A stretch of 64,000 bases of DNA, taken from positions 1,568,001 to 1,632,000 of the forward strand of contig CAWIAD010000001.1 in the NCBI GenBank assembly GCA_963833985.1. Direction: 5' to 3'. The stretch is from an uncultured Planctomycetaceae bacterium (GTDB lineage: Bacteria; Planctomycetota; Planctomycetia; Isosphaerales; Isosphaeraceae). A program made the translations under genes and the position numbers. The notes under the pieces are model-generated. The model saw only the letters and a program-made list of their open reading frames with translations. It searched no databases and was not told where the DNA came from. This document shows, piece by piece, positions 49,718-59,560 of this stretch. Numbering within the stretch: the stretch's first letter is position 1; each line of letters begins with the position of its first letter.

Positions 49718-50356
49718 TCAATCCTCGACCGACTCGGCGACCGGTACCGCCTCAGGAAGCACCAGGGGAGGGAGTGCTGGCAGTTCCTTCATATTCTGGA
49801 GCTGCTGAACGATTTCCGCGTCCGGCGCGTACTCGCCGTCCGCCTGGGCCTGGCGGAACTGGGTCTCGAATTCGCTCAGCCTGGGCTTGATGGAATGCCG
49901 GGCCAGAGAGCCCAGGTAGTCGATGAACAGCTTGCCGTCGAGGTGGTCCGCTTCGTGCTGGATGGCGCGGCTGAGGAGGTCTTCGGCCTCGTACTCGATC
50001 AGCTCTCCGGCCAGGTTGAACGCCTGGAGCTTGATCTTGCGGGCTCGGCGGACGTTGGAGTAGACGCCCGGGAGGCTCAGGCATCCTTCCTCATCCTCGA
50101 TCGACGAGTGCCGCTTGACAATCTGGGGGTTGATGAAGACCTGCTCCTGGTCCTTCTGCTCGGGGTCGGCAGTCACGTTGAGGATGAAAAACCGATACGG
50201 CAGCGCCACCTGGTTGGCGGCCAGTCCAATCCCCCGCGCGGCATACATCAACTGAAACATCTGCCGGACGGCCGTGTGCAGGGCCGAGTCGATCTGGGTG
50301 ACCGGCCGCGAGACATACCGCAGCGCGGGGTGGGGATAGTTCACGATATGCAGCAC
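49718..50356 (-). CDS. def: Peptide deformylase
   Basis: GIGLAANQV, EGCLSLP and QHEADHLDG motifs. Confidence 0.97.
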   Translation of the reverse strand: MLHIVNYPHPALRYVSRPVTQIDSALHTAVRQMFQLMYAARGIGLAANQVALPYRFFILNVTADPEQKDQEQVFINPQIVKRHSSIEDEEGCLSLPGVYSNVRRARKIKLQAFNLAGELIEYEAEDLLSRAIQHEADHLDGKLFIDYLGSLARHSIKPRLSEFETQFRQAQADGEYAPDAEIVQQLQNMKELPALPPLVLPEAVPVAESVED

Positions 50357-50536
50357 GAGTCGAGCTCCGGGGCAGAGTTTGAGTTCATCTTATTTTACGG
50401 TACATTGCCGCGGATCGCCAGGTTGCCAGGGCTGCTTCGGGACTGCGGGACGACGACCAGCGTTGCGGTCGCCGGCGGGCGTCGTCTCTGTCGCATGGCG
50501 GCCTCACGCGCTGCTGGCCGCTCGCTCAAGCCATTG

Positions 50537-52930
50537 TCAGGGGCCGAACGGATTCTCTGGAATGTCCCCGGGGAGGGCAGTAGGGACAAGTGCGTTCCAG
50601 GCCGCAGCCGGCAGCACGAAGACCGGACCGGTGTCGGAGGTGCCCGCTGCCGCCAGCACCAGTGAGCCGCGGGTCTCGCCAATCCGTAGCACGTGCGGGG
50701 GCTTGGCGGGGTCGGCATACAGCTCAACGGTCAGCTTCGGGTGCAGCAGGCCGGTTTCCGCAGGAATGGGGCCGCCGTACTGCACGAACCGTGGGGTGTG
50801 CAGCTCGCCCAGCTGCTTGACCAGGGTGCTGAACCGGGAAAGGTCGATGTCGCCCGCGCCATCCCGCGTTCGCGGCTCGGGCACCCAGGCGTCCGGCCCT
50901 CTCCCCGGATGGTCCGACCGCAGGAACGAGAGGCTTCGACCCGGCACACGGAGGACCAGGCGACGGATCGTATCGGCCGGGAACGACAGGACCAGCGTGT
51001 CATGGTACTCGGCGAGCAGCGCCTGGATCGAAGGTGCCCCGAGCGTGAAGACGAAGTCCTGACCCGAGACCCCGGCGTAGAATGTGCCCGGTTTGCCGGG
51101 TACGGGATTGCCGATGCGCAGGCTGCCTTCCTTGCCGTTCTGCGAGGTCCTCGCCGCACCGGCCGGCGCGCCTTTGGCGGCGTCGCCGCGCGCAGGCTCC
51201 AGCTTCCAGGAGACGTCAATCGGGGGCCGGTCGAGCCCGAAAATCTTGCCGTCGCCCACGGCATCGGCTGCGAACGCTTCGGCTCGAAGGTCGGAGAGCA
51301 GCGCCAGCAACTGCGTCACGTTGCGGGTGTCGGCCGCGGCCTGGACCGGTTCCACCATCCGCCAGCGGTTGACCCCTGCCGGTGACGATTCCGGCTCGAG
51401 CACGGTCCTGGAACCTTGACGCTTCAAAGTCAGCCGGGCCACGGTAGCCGGATTGAGCGAGAGCACCCCGCGGTCGCGGTACGCCAGTCGATTGCTGGGC
51501 AGCACATCGAGAAGCAAATCGGGGATGGCCAGGATGATGCTGTCTCCCTCGAGTCGGCCGTAGACCGTCTTCTTCAGGCGGTCATGGCGGCCGAGCTGAA
51601 GCGACAGCGCCAGGGTCCGAGATGCGGATTGTGACGCCTCCGAAGCCTGCGCATGGGCTTCCTGCGTGGCTCCGGGCCGGGACTGCCAGACCTTGACCGT
51701 CACGATTGGCGGATCCAGCTCCGCCTTCGGGACGCGCGCGGGTTCAAGGAACTCGCTGGTCTGAAGGCCGTCGAGCTGCCCGATCAGCGACTGGACGAGG
51801 TACGTATCGGCACGCCCCGCCTGCGGTGCCGTCAGCGCCCAGCTGTTGCCCTGGCGCACCAGCCGGTAGTCGGTCGCCTGTGCATGAATCTCGATCTCGG
51901 TCACGGCCGCCGGATCGAGCTCGGTGACGTGCTGATCGCGCAGGGCGATCGTGTCACGCGGGATCTCGCTCAGGAACCGGTCGCCCACGACCACCACGTC
52001 GTCCTGGTCGCCCCGGCGCACGAACACGCGGTCGGGGTGGTCGGGCACCTTCTTGCCAACGTGCAGCACCAGCGGTGAATCCGGCTCGGCCGATGTCGCC
52101 AGCTCCACGGTCGCCTCCGGCCTGTCCAGTCCGAAGGGTGCCAGGTCGCTGGCGTTGTCGGCGACGAAACCCTTCTCGCCGTCGAGCACCCGCACCGACG
52201 CCAGCGCGGAGATGAGGCTTTCCACCTTCGCTCCGTTCGCGGGGGCGTGCACGGGCTCGACAAGACTCCAGCGGCCGCCGGTCCCGCGGTCGGCTTTCAG
52301 GTTCAGTCCGTTGCGATGAACGGACAGCCGGCTCACCTGGAAGCTGGGAACCGGAAGCAGGTTCACCTGCCGCCATTGCCCGGCCGGGAGGGTCGCCGCA
52401 TTCAAGAGCTTCTTCTCGACCACCTCGATCCCCGCGGAGTCCGCCGGGCGGACGAACGTCTGCTCGCGCAGCGACTTGCCGACTTCCAGAGCGGCCAGCA
52501 GACGGGGGCCGGTACTCCCTGCCCCTGCCGTGCCCTGCTCGCCGAAGACGCGGACGACCGCGCCGGGCGGGGCCAGACCGTATTCGCCGGGACCGGCATG
52601 GATCGTCCCGGAATCGGGCGATTTGCGCAGGTTCTTGAGGTTGCCGATCATGGTCTCGACGAGCGTGGCGTCGGCCGCCACGTCGAGCGGACGGGTCATC
52701 TGCCAGCGGTTCTTGCCCCGGCGTTCGAACGCCAGGGTGTGTTCATCACGCGCGATCTCCAGGCGGGTGATGGCGGTATCGGGTACGTCGATGAGCTCGG
52801 GGAGGACCCGGCTGAGCCGCCCCCGTCGCTCGGCTTCGGTGAGTACTCCCGCGTCTTCCAGCCACCAGAGGGCCAGCAATCCGGCGAAGAACAAGGCGAT
52901 CAGAACGTAGGTCGGGCGAGGGGTTTTCAT
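50537..52930 (-). CDS. DUF4340 repeat protein (Gld-like ABC accessory)
   Basis: N-terminal TM helix and about four repeats of the W.(M/L)..P....AD / (Y/F)GL..P pattern; downstream of the gldG-like gene. Confidence 0.8.
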   Translation of the reverse strand: MKTPRPTYVLIALFFAGLLALWWLEDAGVLTEAERRGRLSRVLPELIDVPDTAITRLEIARDEHTLAFERRGKNRWQMTRPLDVAADATLVETMIGNLKNLRKSPDSGTIHAGPGEYGLAPPGAVVRVFGEQGTAGAGSTGPRLLAALEVGKSLREQTFVRPADSAGIEVVEKKLLNAATLPAGQWRQVNLLPVPSFQVSRLSVHRNGLNLKADRGTGGRWSLVEPVHAPANGAKVESLISALASVRVLDGEKGFVADNASDLAPFGLDRPEATVELATSAEPDSPLVLHVGKKVPDHPDRVFVRRGDQDDVVVVGDRFLSEIPRDTIALRDQHVTELDPAAVTEIEIHAQATDYRLVRQGNSWALTAPQAGRADTYLVQSLIGQLDGLQTSEFLEPARVPKAELDPPIVTVKVWQSRPGATQEAHAQASEASQSASRTLALSLQLGRHDRLKKTVYGRLEGDSIILAIPDLLLDVLPSNRLAYRDRGVLSLNPATVARLTLKRQGSRTVLEPESSPAGVNRWRMVEPVQAAADTRNVTQLLALLSDLRAEAFAADAVGDGKIFGLDRPPIDVSWKLEPARGDAAKGAPAGAARTSQNGKEGSLRIGNPVPGKPGTFYAGVSGQDFVFTLGAPSIQALLAEYHDTLVLSFPADTIRRLVLRVPGRSLSFLRSDHPGRGPDAWVPEPRTRDGAGDIDLSRFSTLVKQLGELHTPRFVQYGGPIPAETGLLHPKLTVELYADPAKPPHVLRIGETRGSLVLAAAGTSDTGPVFVLPAAAWNALVPTALPGDIPENPFGP

Positions 52931-53010
52931 CGGCGCACCGGCGTGAATTCATCCACCAGAGAGAGGAAACGGCATGGCGTCCGCCACGAGCAGGCGAGGT
53001 TCAGCCCGCA

Positions 53011-54880
53011 TCACTCGCGGCGCGCCACGTAGACGATGGTCCCCAGGGCGACGATTCCGAGCATGGCCATCACCGTGGGCACGACCACCAGCCGCGAGCG
53101 GAGCACGGGGTCCGCCGTGAGAGTCGAGCGCCACATGGGTGCTGGGCGAGATGCCCACCGCGTCGGGTCGACCACGCAGCCAGCTCGCCGCATTCATGAT
53201 CAGGTCGAGGTTCGTGGGCTCGATTCCCTGCACCACGTTGTCAGCCAGGGCGCGGCTGGAGAAGAGAACGAGCCGGGGACGGCCGGCCACCGCGGTGGAA
53301 GCCGCGCCGGCCGGTGCCGAGGCCGCGGTTCGCTCCTGCACGGCCACACCCAGCGTCACGGGGCCAGGCTCGTCGACCCCCTGGTCGAGCTGGGGCCGCG
53401 GGTTGGTGAGATCGGTCTCGGCCCACGAGCCGGGGGACGACTGGAGGATCGCCACAGGAATGAGATTGGCGTTAACCGGCCGGGAGGCCGGTTTGCTCGC
53501 CGCGCTCGGGCCCTGTCCCAGAATGTGGATGGGCGCGCCATTGGGAACCAGAACGGCCCTGTCGGACTGGAGAGCGTCCGTGATGGGGTGTCCGCGGCCG
53601 CCTTTCAGCGGTGCGAAGATCAACTGGACGTTCCGGTTGAAGTTGAACCGGGGATCGATCACCAGGCCACGGCCCAGCTCGAGGTTGAACATCCGGAAGA
53701 ACTCGTCGAGGCCGGCCGGCTCCGTCGTACCGGCCAGTGCCAGGACGGGCTTTCCCTGCTCCGCATAGGCCCTGAGCCTGGCCGTTTCCTCGGGTTTGAA
53801 CGGACTGCGAGGTCCGGCGATCACCAGCAGAGCCAGGTCGTCGGGTATGGGATCGCTGGTGAGGTTCAGCTCAACAGCCTCGCATCCCACCGAGGCCAGG
53901 CGGGCGCGCCAGAGACCGATGCCCTGTCCGCTGGGGTTCAGGTCTGCCAGGGGGGGCTCGCCGTGGCCCGTGGTGAATCCCACCTTCGATGTCTTCGCCT
54001 CGCGGAGCCTGATCAGAGCCGAGGTGATGGCGTCCTCGCCTTTGAAGGCTGACTCGAAGCGGTCGCTGCCCCCCCGGGCCGCATCGGCGCGGAGCGGTTC
54101 GAACAGCTCCTGCCCGGGCACGGCCACGAACTGGGCGTCCGACCCTGCTCCATACTCGATGAGCACGCCGCCGGCGCGCATCACGGCAAGGTCCGGGGCG
54201 CGCTTCGCCAGGTCCTCGGTCCGCGCCAGCTCGGTATACGGGTTCAGGCTGTCGATCTTGATGAAATCCGGCCGCGCGGCACGGTAAAGCTCCAGAAGCT
54301 GGATCACCCGATCGAGCTGGCGGGCCGACCGGGGTCCGCTGCCATAGACCACGTGGAAGCTCACCGGGCGGGTCAGGCTCTCGATCTGGTTGATCGAGAG
54401 GCTGGACAGTGAGAACGTCTGCTCGAGCGTCATGTCGATGGCCTGGCCGCCATAACGGAACGCCGCCACGTTGGCGACGATGAGGATGCCGGCAAGCAGG
54501 CTCGCGTTCAGCAACAGGCTTGCAAGGTCGGCCGTGCGCCGCAGCACGTAGCTGGAGTGCCGGTAGCCGCGGCTGGCCTGGTTCGAATAGACCACCAGGC
54601 CGATGCCCAGGCCGAACGCGGGAATCGACCAGCGAACCCCGTGAGTGACTCCCAGGGCCAGGTAGCCGCCCAGGAGAATCAGCACCAGTCCGGCAGTCAG
54701 ACCGGCAATCAAGCGATCGCGATAGGCCGGCGGGGGTGCCTCCGGGTCGTCGTCGCTGCGGGCTGCCTGGCCGATCGGCGCGCTGCGCAAGATCCAGAAG
54801 AGGATCAGGTAGCTCGCCAGCAGCAGCGCGCCGATCCAGATTTCGGGAAGCCGGAGAAGTGCCGAGATACCGTCTGACAT
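53011..54880 (-). CDS. GldG-like ABC auxiliary component, frameshift near 53125
   Basis: IDMTLEQTFSLS, GFTTGHGE, IAGPR and NAASWL motifs. The C-terminal TM (VVVPTVMAMLGIVALGTIVYVARRE*) is in a shifted frame. Confidence 0.8.
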
Positions 54881-54916
54881 CACACCCTGATCCCGTGCGC
54901 GGGTTGCCACCTGGGG

Positions 54917-55681
54917 TTATCGTCGCCGCTCGGCCTCAAGAATCCGCACGGCGACGTAGAGCGAAAACACGCAGACCGACAGATGCAGCGCCAGCGTCCG
55001 CAAGTCCAGCTGCCCTTGCCCGAATGACCGGAGCTGAACATAGACCGCCAGGAACCGGACCGCCTCCGCCCAGCCATACTGCTGGCGTACGGCGTAGAAG
55101 TAGAGCAAGAGCGTGAGCACCACCAGCAGGAAGAGGACCACGAAGGTCCACACCGCGGCGACGATCTGGTTGCGGGTCAGCGCGCTGAACGCCAGCCCGA
55201 TGGCCACGAACATCATTCCCACGGTCAAAAGCCCGATGCCCAGGGCAAGTACCGGTCCCACGTCAAAGTAATAGTTCGCCTGGAAATAGAGGAAGGGCAG
55301 ATAAAGCGCGAATGGGAACAGGAGCGCCAGGTACATGATCACGCCGGCCAACCACTTGGCGATCACGATCTCGGTCTCGGAGACCGGCAAGGTCAAGAGG
55401 GTCTCGATGGTGCCGGTCCGCCGCTCCTCGGCCAGCAGCCGCATGGTCAGGAGCGGCACGGCGACGAGGATGCTGAACCAGAACAGGGGGCTGGAGGAGA
55501 CATACATGGTCATCGGGTCGCGGACGCTCGAGAATTCGCGCTGGGGCTGGCTGAGCGCATCGACAAGCTCCCAGAAATTGAGCAACGCGATGACCTGGAA
55601 CGCGAGCAGCACGATGTACGCCATCGGACCCAGGAAGAAGGCGCTGAGCTCGCGGCCGAGCAGGGTTGGAATGTGTCGCAT
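54917..55681 (-). CDS. GldF-like ABC transporter permease
   Basis: RELSAFFLGPMAY, TMRLLAEERRTGTIETLLTLP and SALTRNQIVAA motifs. Confidence 0.9.
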   Translation of the reverse strand: MRHIPTLLGRELSAFFLGPMAYIVLLAFQVIALLNFWELVDALSQPQREFSSVRDPMTMYVSSSPLFWFSILVAVPLLTMRLLAEERRTGTIETLLTLPVSETEIVIAKWLAGVIMYLALLFPFALYLPFLYFQANYYFDVGPVLALGIGLLTVGMMFVAIGLAFSALTRNQIVAAVWTFVVLFLLVVLTLLLYFYAVRQQYGWAEAVRFLAVYVQLRSFGQGQLDLRTLALHLSVCVFSLYVAVRILEAERRR

Positions 55682-55683
55682 GA

Positions 55684-56632
55684 TCAGTCCGCCTTGCCTG
55701 GGGAAGGTGCGGCCCCTTCGCCGGTGACCGCTTCGACGAACCGCTCCTCCAGCGAGCTGCGCTTCAGCTCCAGGCGGCGCAAGCTCCAGCCACCGGCGGC
55801 GAGCTTCTGGGAAACCGCCTCGCGCACGTCGCGTGCGCCGTGGGTTGTCAGCTCGAACCCGGAAACACCCGCATCGCGCGCGGTGACGGTCACCCGGTTG
55901 ACTCCGTCGACAGTCATCAGCGCGTTGCGGATCGGTTCGGCCGGCCCCCGCGCCTCGACCACGACGGCCTGATCCTGCCGCAAGGCGTCGAGCTTCTGAT
56001 CGATGGCGATCTTGCCGCCGGCGATGATGATCACGCGCTCGCAGACCGCTTCAACTTCGGACATGATATGCGTCGAGAGCAGGACCGTGTGCTTCGCCCC
56101 CAGCTCGCTGATCAACCGTCGCACGTCCCGAATCTGGATCGGGTCAAGCCCCGAGGTCGGTTCGTCGAGGATGAGGATGTCCGGATCGTGGATCAGCGCC
56201 TCCGCCAGCCCGACACGCTGGCGAAACCCTCGCGACAGATGCCCCACGATACGGTCTTCGACCTCGGCCAGCCGGCACCGGGTGATCACCTCGCTGATCG
56301 CCGCCCGGCGTTTCGATCGGCTGACGTCCTTGAGCCGCGCGGTACCGGAGATACTCCTTGACCCGCATCTCCGGGTAGAGCGGCACGTTCTCCGGCAAGT
56401 AGCCCACCTTGCGCCTGACGGCCAGGGGCTCATCGAGTGTGTCGTGGCCGGACAGCACGGCCCGGCCGCTGGTGGCCGAGAGATATGTGGTGAGGATGCG
56501 CATGGTCGTCGTCTTCCCGGCCCCGTTGGGACCAAGCAACCCGACGATCTCGCCCCGGCCGACAGCGAAGCTGATCTGGTCGATGGCTCGGACCGAACCG
56601 TATTGCTTGGTCAATCGTTCGACCTCGATCAT
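55684..56632 (-). CDS. GldA-like ABC transporter ATP-binding protein, frameshift near 56338
   Basis: Walker A GPNGAGKTT in one frame; signature LSRGFRQR, ILDEPT and STH in the next. Confidence 0.9.
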
Positions 56633-56897
56633 CGCACCAACCCTGACTTTGCCACGCGCGTTCACTCCGCTTCGGGATGCCAACAAATCCTACCGCATGC
56701 GGCCGAGTTGTGACAGGCGCGCCGACGATCCGCGCGCCGTCGGCGCCTGAGCCCGGCCGCGCGGAGGTGCGCGGGGACCCGGCACCTCGCCGCGAAGATG
56801 ACCGCGCTCAACACGCCTCGCACGACCGGATCTTGCCACAGCAACCGAATGGAGCCACCGGGCAAAGCCGAGCTGACGACCCATCGCCGAGGCTGCA

Positions 56898-58190
56898 TCA
56901 GCCCGAGCCTGAGCCCGCGATCCACACCAGGACGACGCGATGGTGTTTCCCGGTAGTGCTATTCCTACCCGTCGGGGAACGACCGTCCTGAAACGCCAGG
57001 CGGAGCGGATCGTGATTCGTCTCGGACCGTGCGCCCGATGCGTCGCTTGCGGCGAGCCCCGCGCCGGGCTCGGGGTCAGAGCGGGAGACCGCACCAGCCC
57101 CAGCAGCTTCATCGCCGGAGGCCAGTGTTTGCTGGTTCTCGACACGGCCAGACCCGTCACGAAGCAGACCAGCGGCCGGAGAGCTGCGCTCTTGCTCGAC
57201 GGTCGGTCCGGTTTTCGTGGGTCCGGACGCGCTGGCGGGAGGGGACTGCGCGAGGGCATCGGCCGAACCCCCCGGCGCACCTGTTCGCAACGCAAGACTG
57301 ACGCTCGGGATCGTCAGGTCGCCGAGCGGATGAGCGGGCAAGGCAACCACCTGGCCGATCTCCGCCAGTTGCATGGCAACCGCCGGATCGATGTCGCTTT
57401 CCTCGAGACGGTCGCGGAACGCTTCCTTGAGCCGGTTGCGGAAGGGTTCGAACTCCGAGTCGTCGAGGACCACTGCAAAGACGGTGGCGTGGTCCGGGTG
57501 CCGCGGATCGATCACGATGCCTTCCGCGACGGTGATCTTGAAGAAATCGCGGTGGCTCGTTCGTTCGACCAGCGAGGCGACCTGATGCGTGGTTGGCTGG
57601 CCAATCCGGTCGGCGACGAGGAAGACGCGGCTGAGCCGAGGATCGTCCAGCAAGGCCCGTACGCGTTGCTGTGGATCGACCTGGTTAACCAGGGTGCCGT
57701 ATGGTACCGCCTGGGCCTCGGCGGGACCGAATACCTCTCCAGGCAACGCGGAATCAGGGCGGAGACTGGCTGTGAGGTTCCCGCCGGAGGACGGAGACCC
57801 CGCCGCGTGGGCCACGCTCTCTGATGGCGAGGTGGCGACGGCGATGCGTGACGGGGCGGCCAGCCGCGACGGCACCGCGGTCAGAATCGCCACGGCACCA
57901 AGAACCGAGGCAGCCACCGCCAGGGCCGTCCAGGAGCGACGACGCTGCGACCAGGGGCGGGCCTGGCGGTGCCTGGCCGTAAGGCGCAGCCGCGACATGA
58001 TCTGGGGCGTCATGTCGGGCGTGACCGGACGAGACAGGCCGGCAATCAGGTCACGGACGGCGGCGAGTGCCCGCAGTCGGGCTGCGAGCCGGGGGTTGGC
58101 CGCGACCCGGAATTCGACCCTCCGCCGCTGTTCGGGTTCCAGTTCGTCGTCGAGGTAAGCCTCGAGCAAGATTTCGTCGTCAGCACACAT
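56898..58190 (-). CDS. Membrane-anchored anti-sigma factor
   Basis: LEAYLDDELEPEQRRRVE anti-sigma domain followed by a TM helix; directly downstream of an ECF sigma gene. Confidence 0.8.
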   Translation of the reverse strand: MCADDEILLEAYLDDELEPEQRRRVEFRVAANPRLAARLRALAAVRDLIAGLSRPVTPDMTPQIMSRLRLTARHRQARPWSQRRRSWTALAVAASVLGAVAILTAVPSRLAAPSRIAVATSPSESVAHAAGSPSSGGNLTASLRPDSALPGEVFGPAEAQAVPYGTLVNQVDPQQRVRALLDDPRLSRVFLVADRIGQPTTHQVASLVERTSHRDFFKITVAEGIVIDPRHPDHATVFAVVLDDSEFEPFRNRLKEAFRDRLEESDIDPAVAMQLAEIGQVVALPAHPLGDLTIPSVSLALRTGAPGGSADALAQSPPASASGPTKTGPTVEQERSSPAAGLLRDGSGRVENQQTLASGDEAAGAGAVSRSDPEPGAGLAASDASGARSETNHDPLRLAFQDGRSPTGRNSTTGKHHRVVLVWIAGSGSG

Positions 58191-58299
58191 GGTTGGTTTG
58201 CCGCCGTTCGCACGGTCGTGAGAAGTATGCCTCGGCTTGCGTGCCCGCCCTCCGTGCTCCAGGAACCAGGTCGAGGTCACGTCACATCGATTCCCGGCA

Positions 58300-58950
58300 T
58301 CACGCATCCACGGCTTTCTCGGTTTCCTGATAAGCGTGTCGCGTCTCGGAATCCTGGTCAAGCAATGATTGCAGTCGCGCACGCAGTTCCGATCGTGCCC
58401 GATGAAGCCGGCTGCGCACCGTGCCCACCGGAATCTTCAACAGCGTGCTGATTTCTTCGTAGCGGTGGCCATCGAAGTCTTTCAGGATCACCACGGCACG
58501 GTGTTCGGGCCCAAGCTTGCCAAGTGCGGCCTCCACCAGAGCGTCTCGTTCCAGCCGTTCCAGGGCGACGGAGGGGTCGCTATCAGGCGACTCGTCTGCC
58601 GGCTCGGCAGTGCAGCGGTGCCGTGCGGCCTGGTCGAGCCGGGACAATCGACGATTGTGATCCCGGCGCTGGTTGCTCAGGGCCAGGTTCACTGCGATCC
58701 TGTAAATCCAGGTATAGAAGGAACTTTCTCCGTGGAACTGATCGAGCTTCTCGAATCCGCGTACGAATGCGTCCTGGACGACGTCCTGCGCATCGTCGGC
58801 CGAGCCGACAAGCCGGGCGATGGTCGGGAAGAGGCGGCCCTGGTAGCGTTCGACAAGGCAGCCGAACGCCTCGGTCTGCCCTGCGCGGCACGCCGCCACC
58901 AGGCTGTGGTCGTCCTCGTACCCGGTCATCTTCAGCTTAGATGCGTCCAC
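58300..58950 (-). CDS. ECF RNA polymerase sigma factor (RpoE/SigW-like)
   Basis: DAQDVVQDAF, FYTWIYRIAVN and YEEIS...GTVRSRLHRAR motifs. Confidence 0.93.
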   Translation of the reverse strand: MDASKLKMTGYEDDHSLVAACRAGQTEAFGCLVERYQGRLFPTIARLVGSADDAQDVVQDAFVRGFEKLDQFHGESSFYTWIYRIAVNLALSNQRRDHNRRLSRLDQAARHRCTAEPADESPDSDPSVALERLERDALVEAALGKLGPEHRAVVILKDFDGHRYEEISTLLKIPVGTVRSRLHRARSELRARLQSLLDQDSETRHAYQETEKAVDA

Positions 58951-59324
58951 GGCGGGACAAGTTCCCGAAAACGTGTGTCAGGGCTGCCTGGTCCCCGGAG
59001 CGAATCATCGGCAAGGCCTGTCGGGCAACCCGGATTGCCGGAGGGCCGCTCGTACCATGATCTTTCTATTCTACTGGAATCGGAGCGCCAGGGCGAGCAT
59101 CCCGCTCCAGTCTCGATTTCATATCAATCATGCCTGCCAGTCGATTTGATCGCCCGCGCACGCGGGCCGGCGATCGGACGGACCGTTGTTCGCTGATGCA
59201 GCGCACATGGAGTATGCGCTGCCCGCATGGCGCATTGGTCAAGGCCTGAATATTTTTCTCATCATCAGGCCTACAGCGTCTTGCGTGGCGTTGGACACCA
59301 CCTTAGAATCCTTTCCACATCAAC

Positions 59325-59560
59325 CGATAATCGTATGCTTCTATTATGTAATGATGCCAAGTTTGATGACATCATTGCGTGGCATTTGACGCTGTCCGTC
59401 CCCGGCGCTTGACTGCGCCCGAACCTGAACCTTCAACATCGACTCGAGGTCGCCATGGGTAGAAAAACTGCGCACCGCACCAGGAGATTCCAGCTGGAAC
59501 CACTTGAGGATCGTGTCTTGCTCTCGACCGTCGGGGTGGACGTCAAGGGCAATAGCCCTT
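59325..59560 (+). repeat. Diverged direct repeat, copy 1 (leader plus 5' end of the secreted-protein gene)
   Basis: Aligns with 62675-62914; both share TGACATCATTGCGTGGC, TGTCCGTC, GAGGTCGC-n-ATGG and GTGGACGTCAAGGG. Confidence 0.85.

Noticed and set aside
6560..56345. Programmed frameshifting or phase variation at the broken genes
   Set aside because: No slippery heptamers or long simple repeats at the junctions, and the affected genes are unrelated. Assembly error is simpler.
50537..56632. Gliding motility machinery
   Set aside because: GldAFG-like ABC systems are widespread, and no gldK-N or sprA genes are present in the window.
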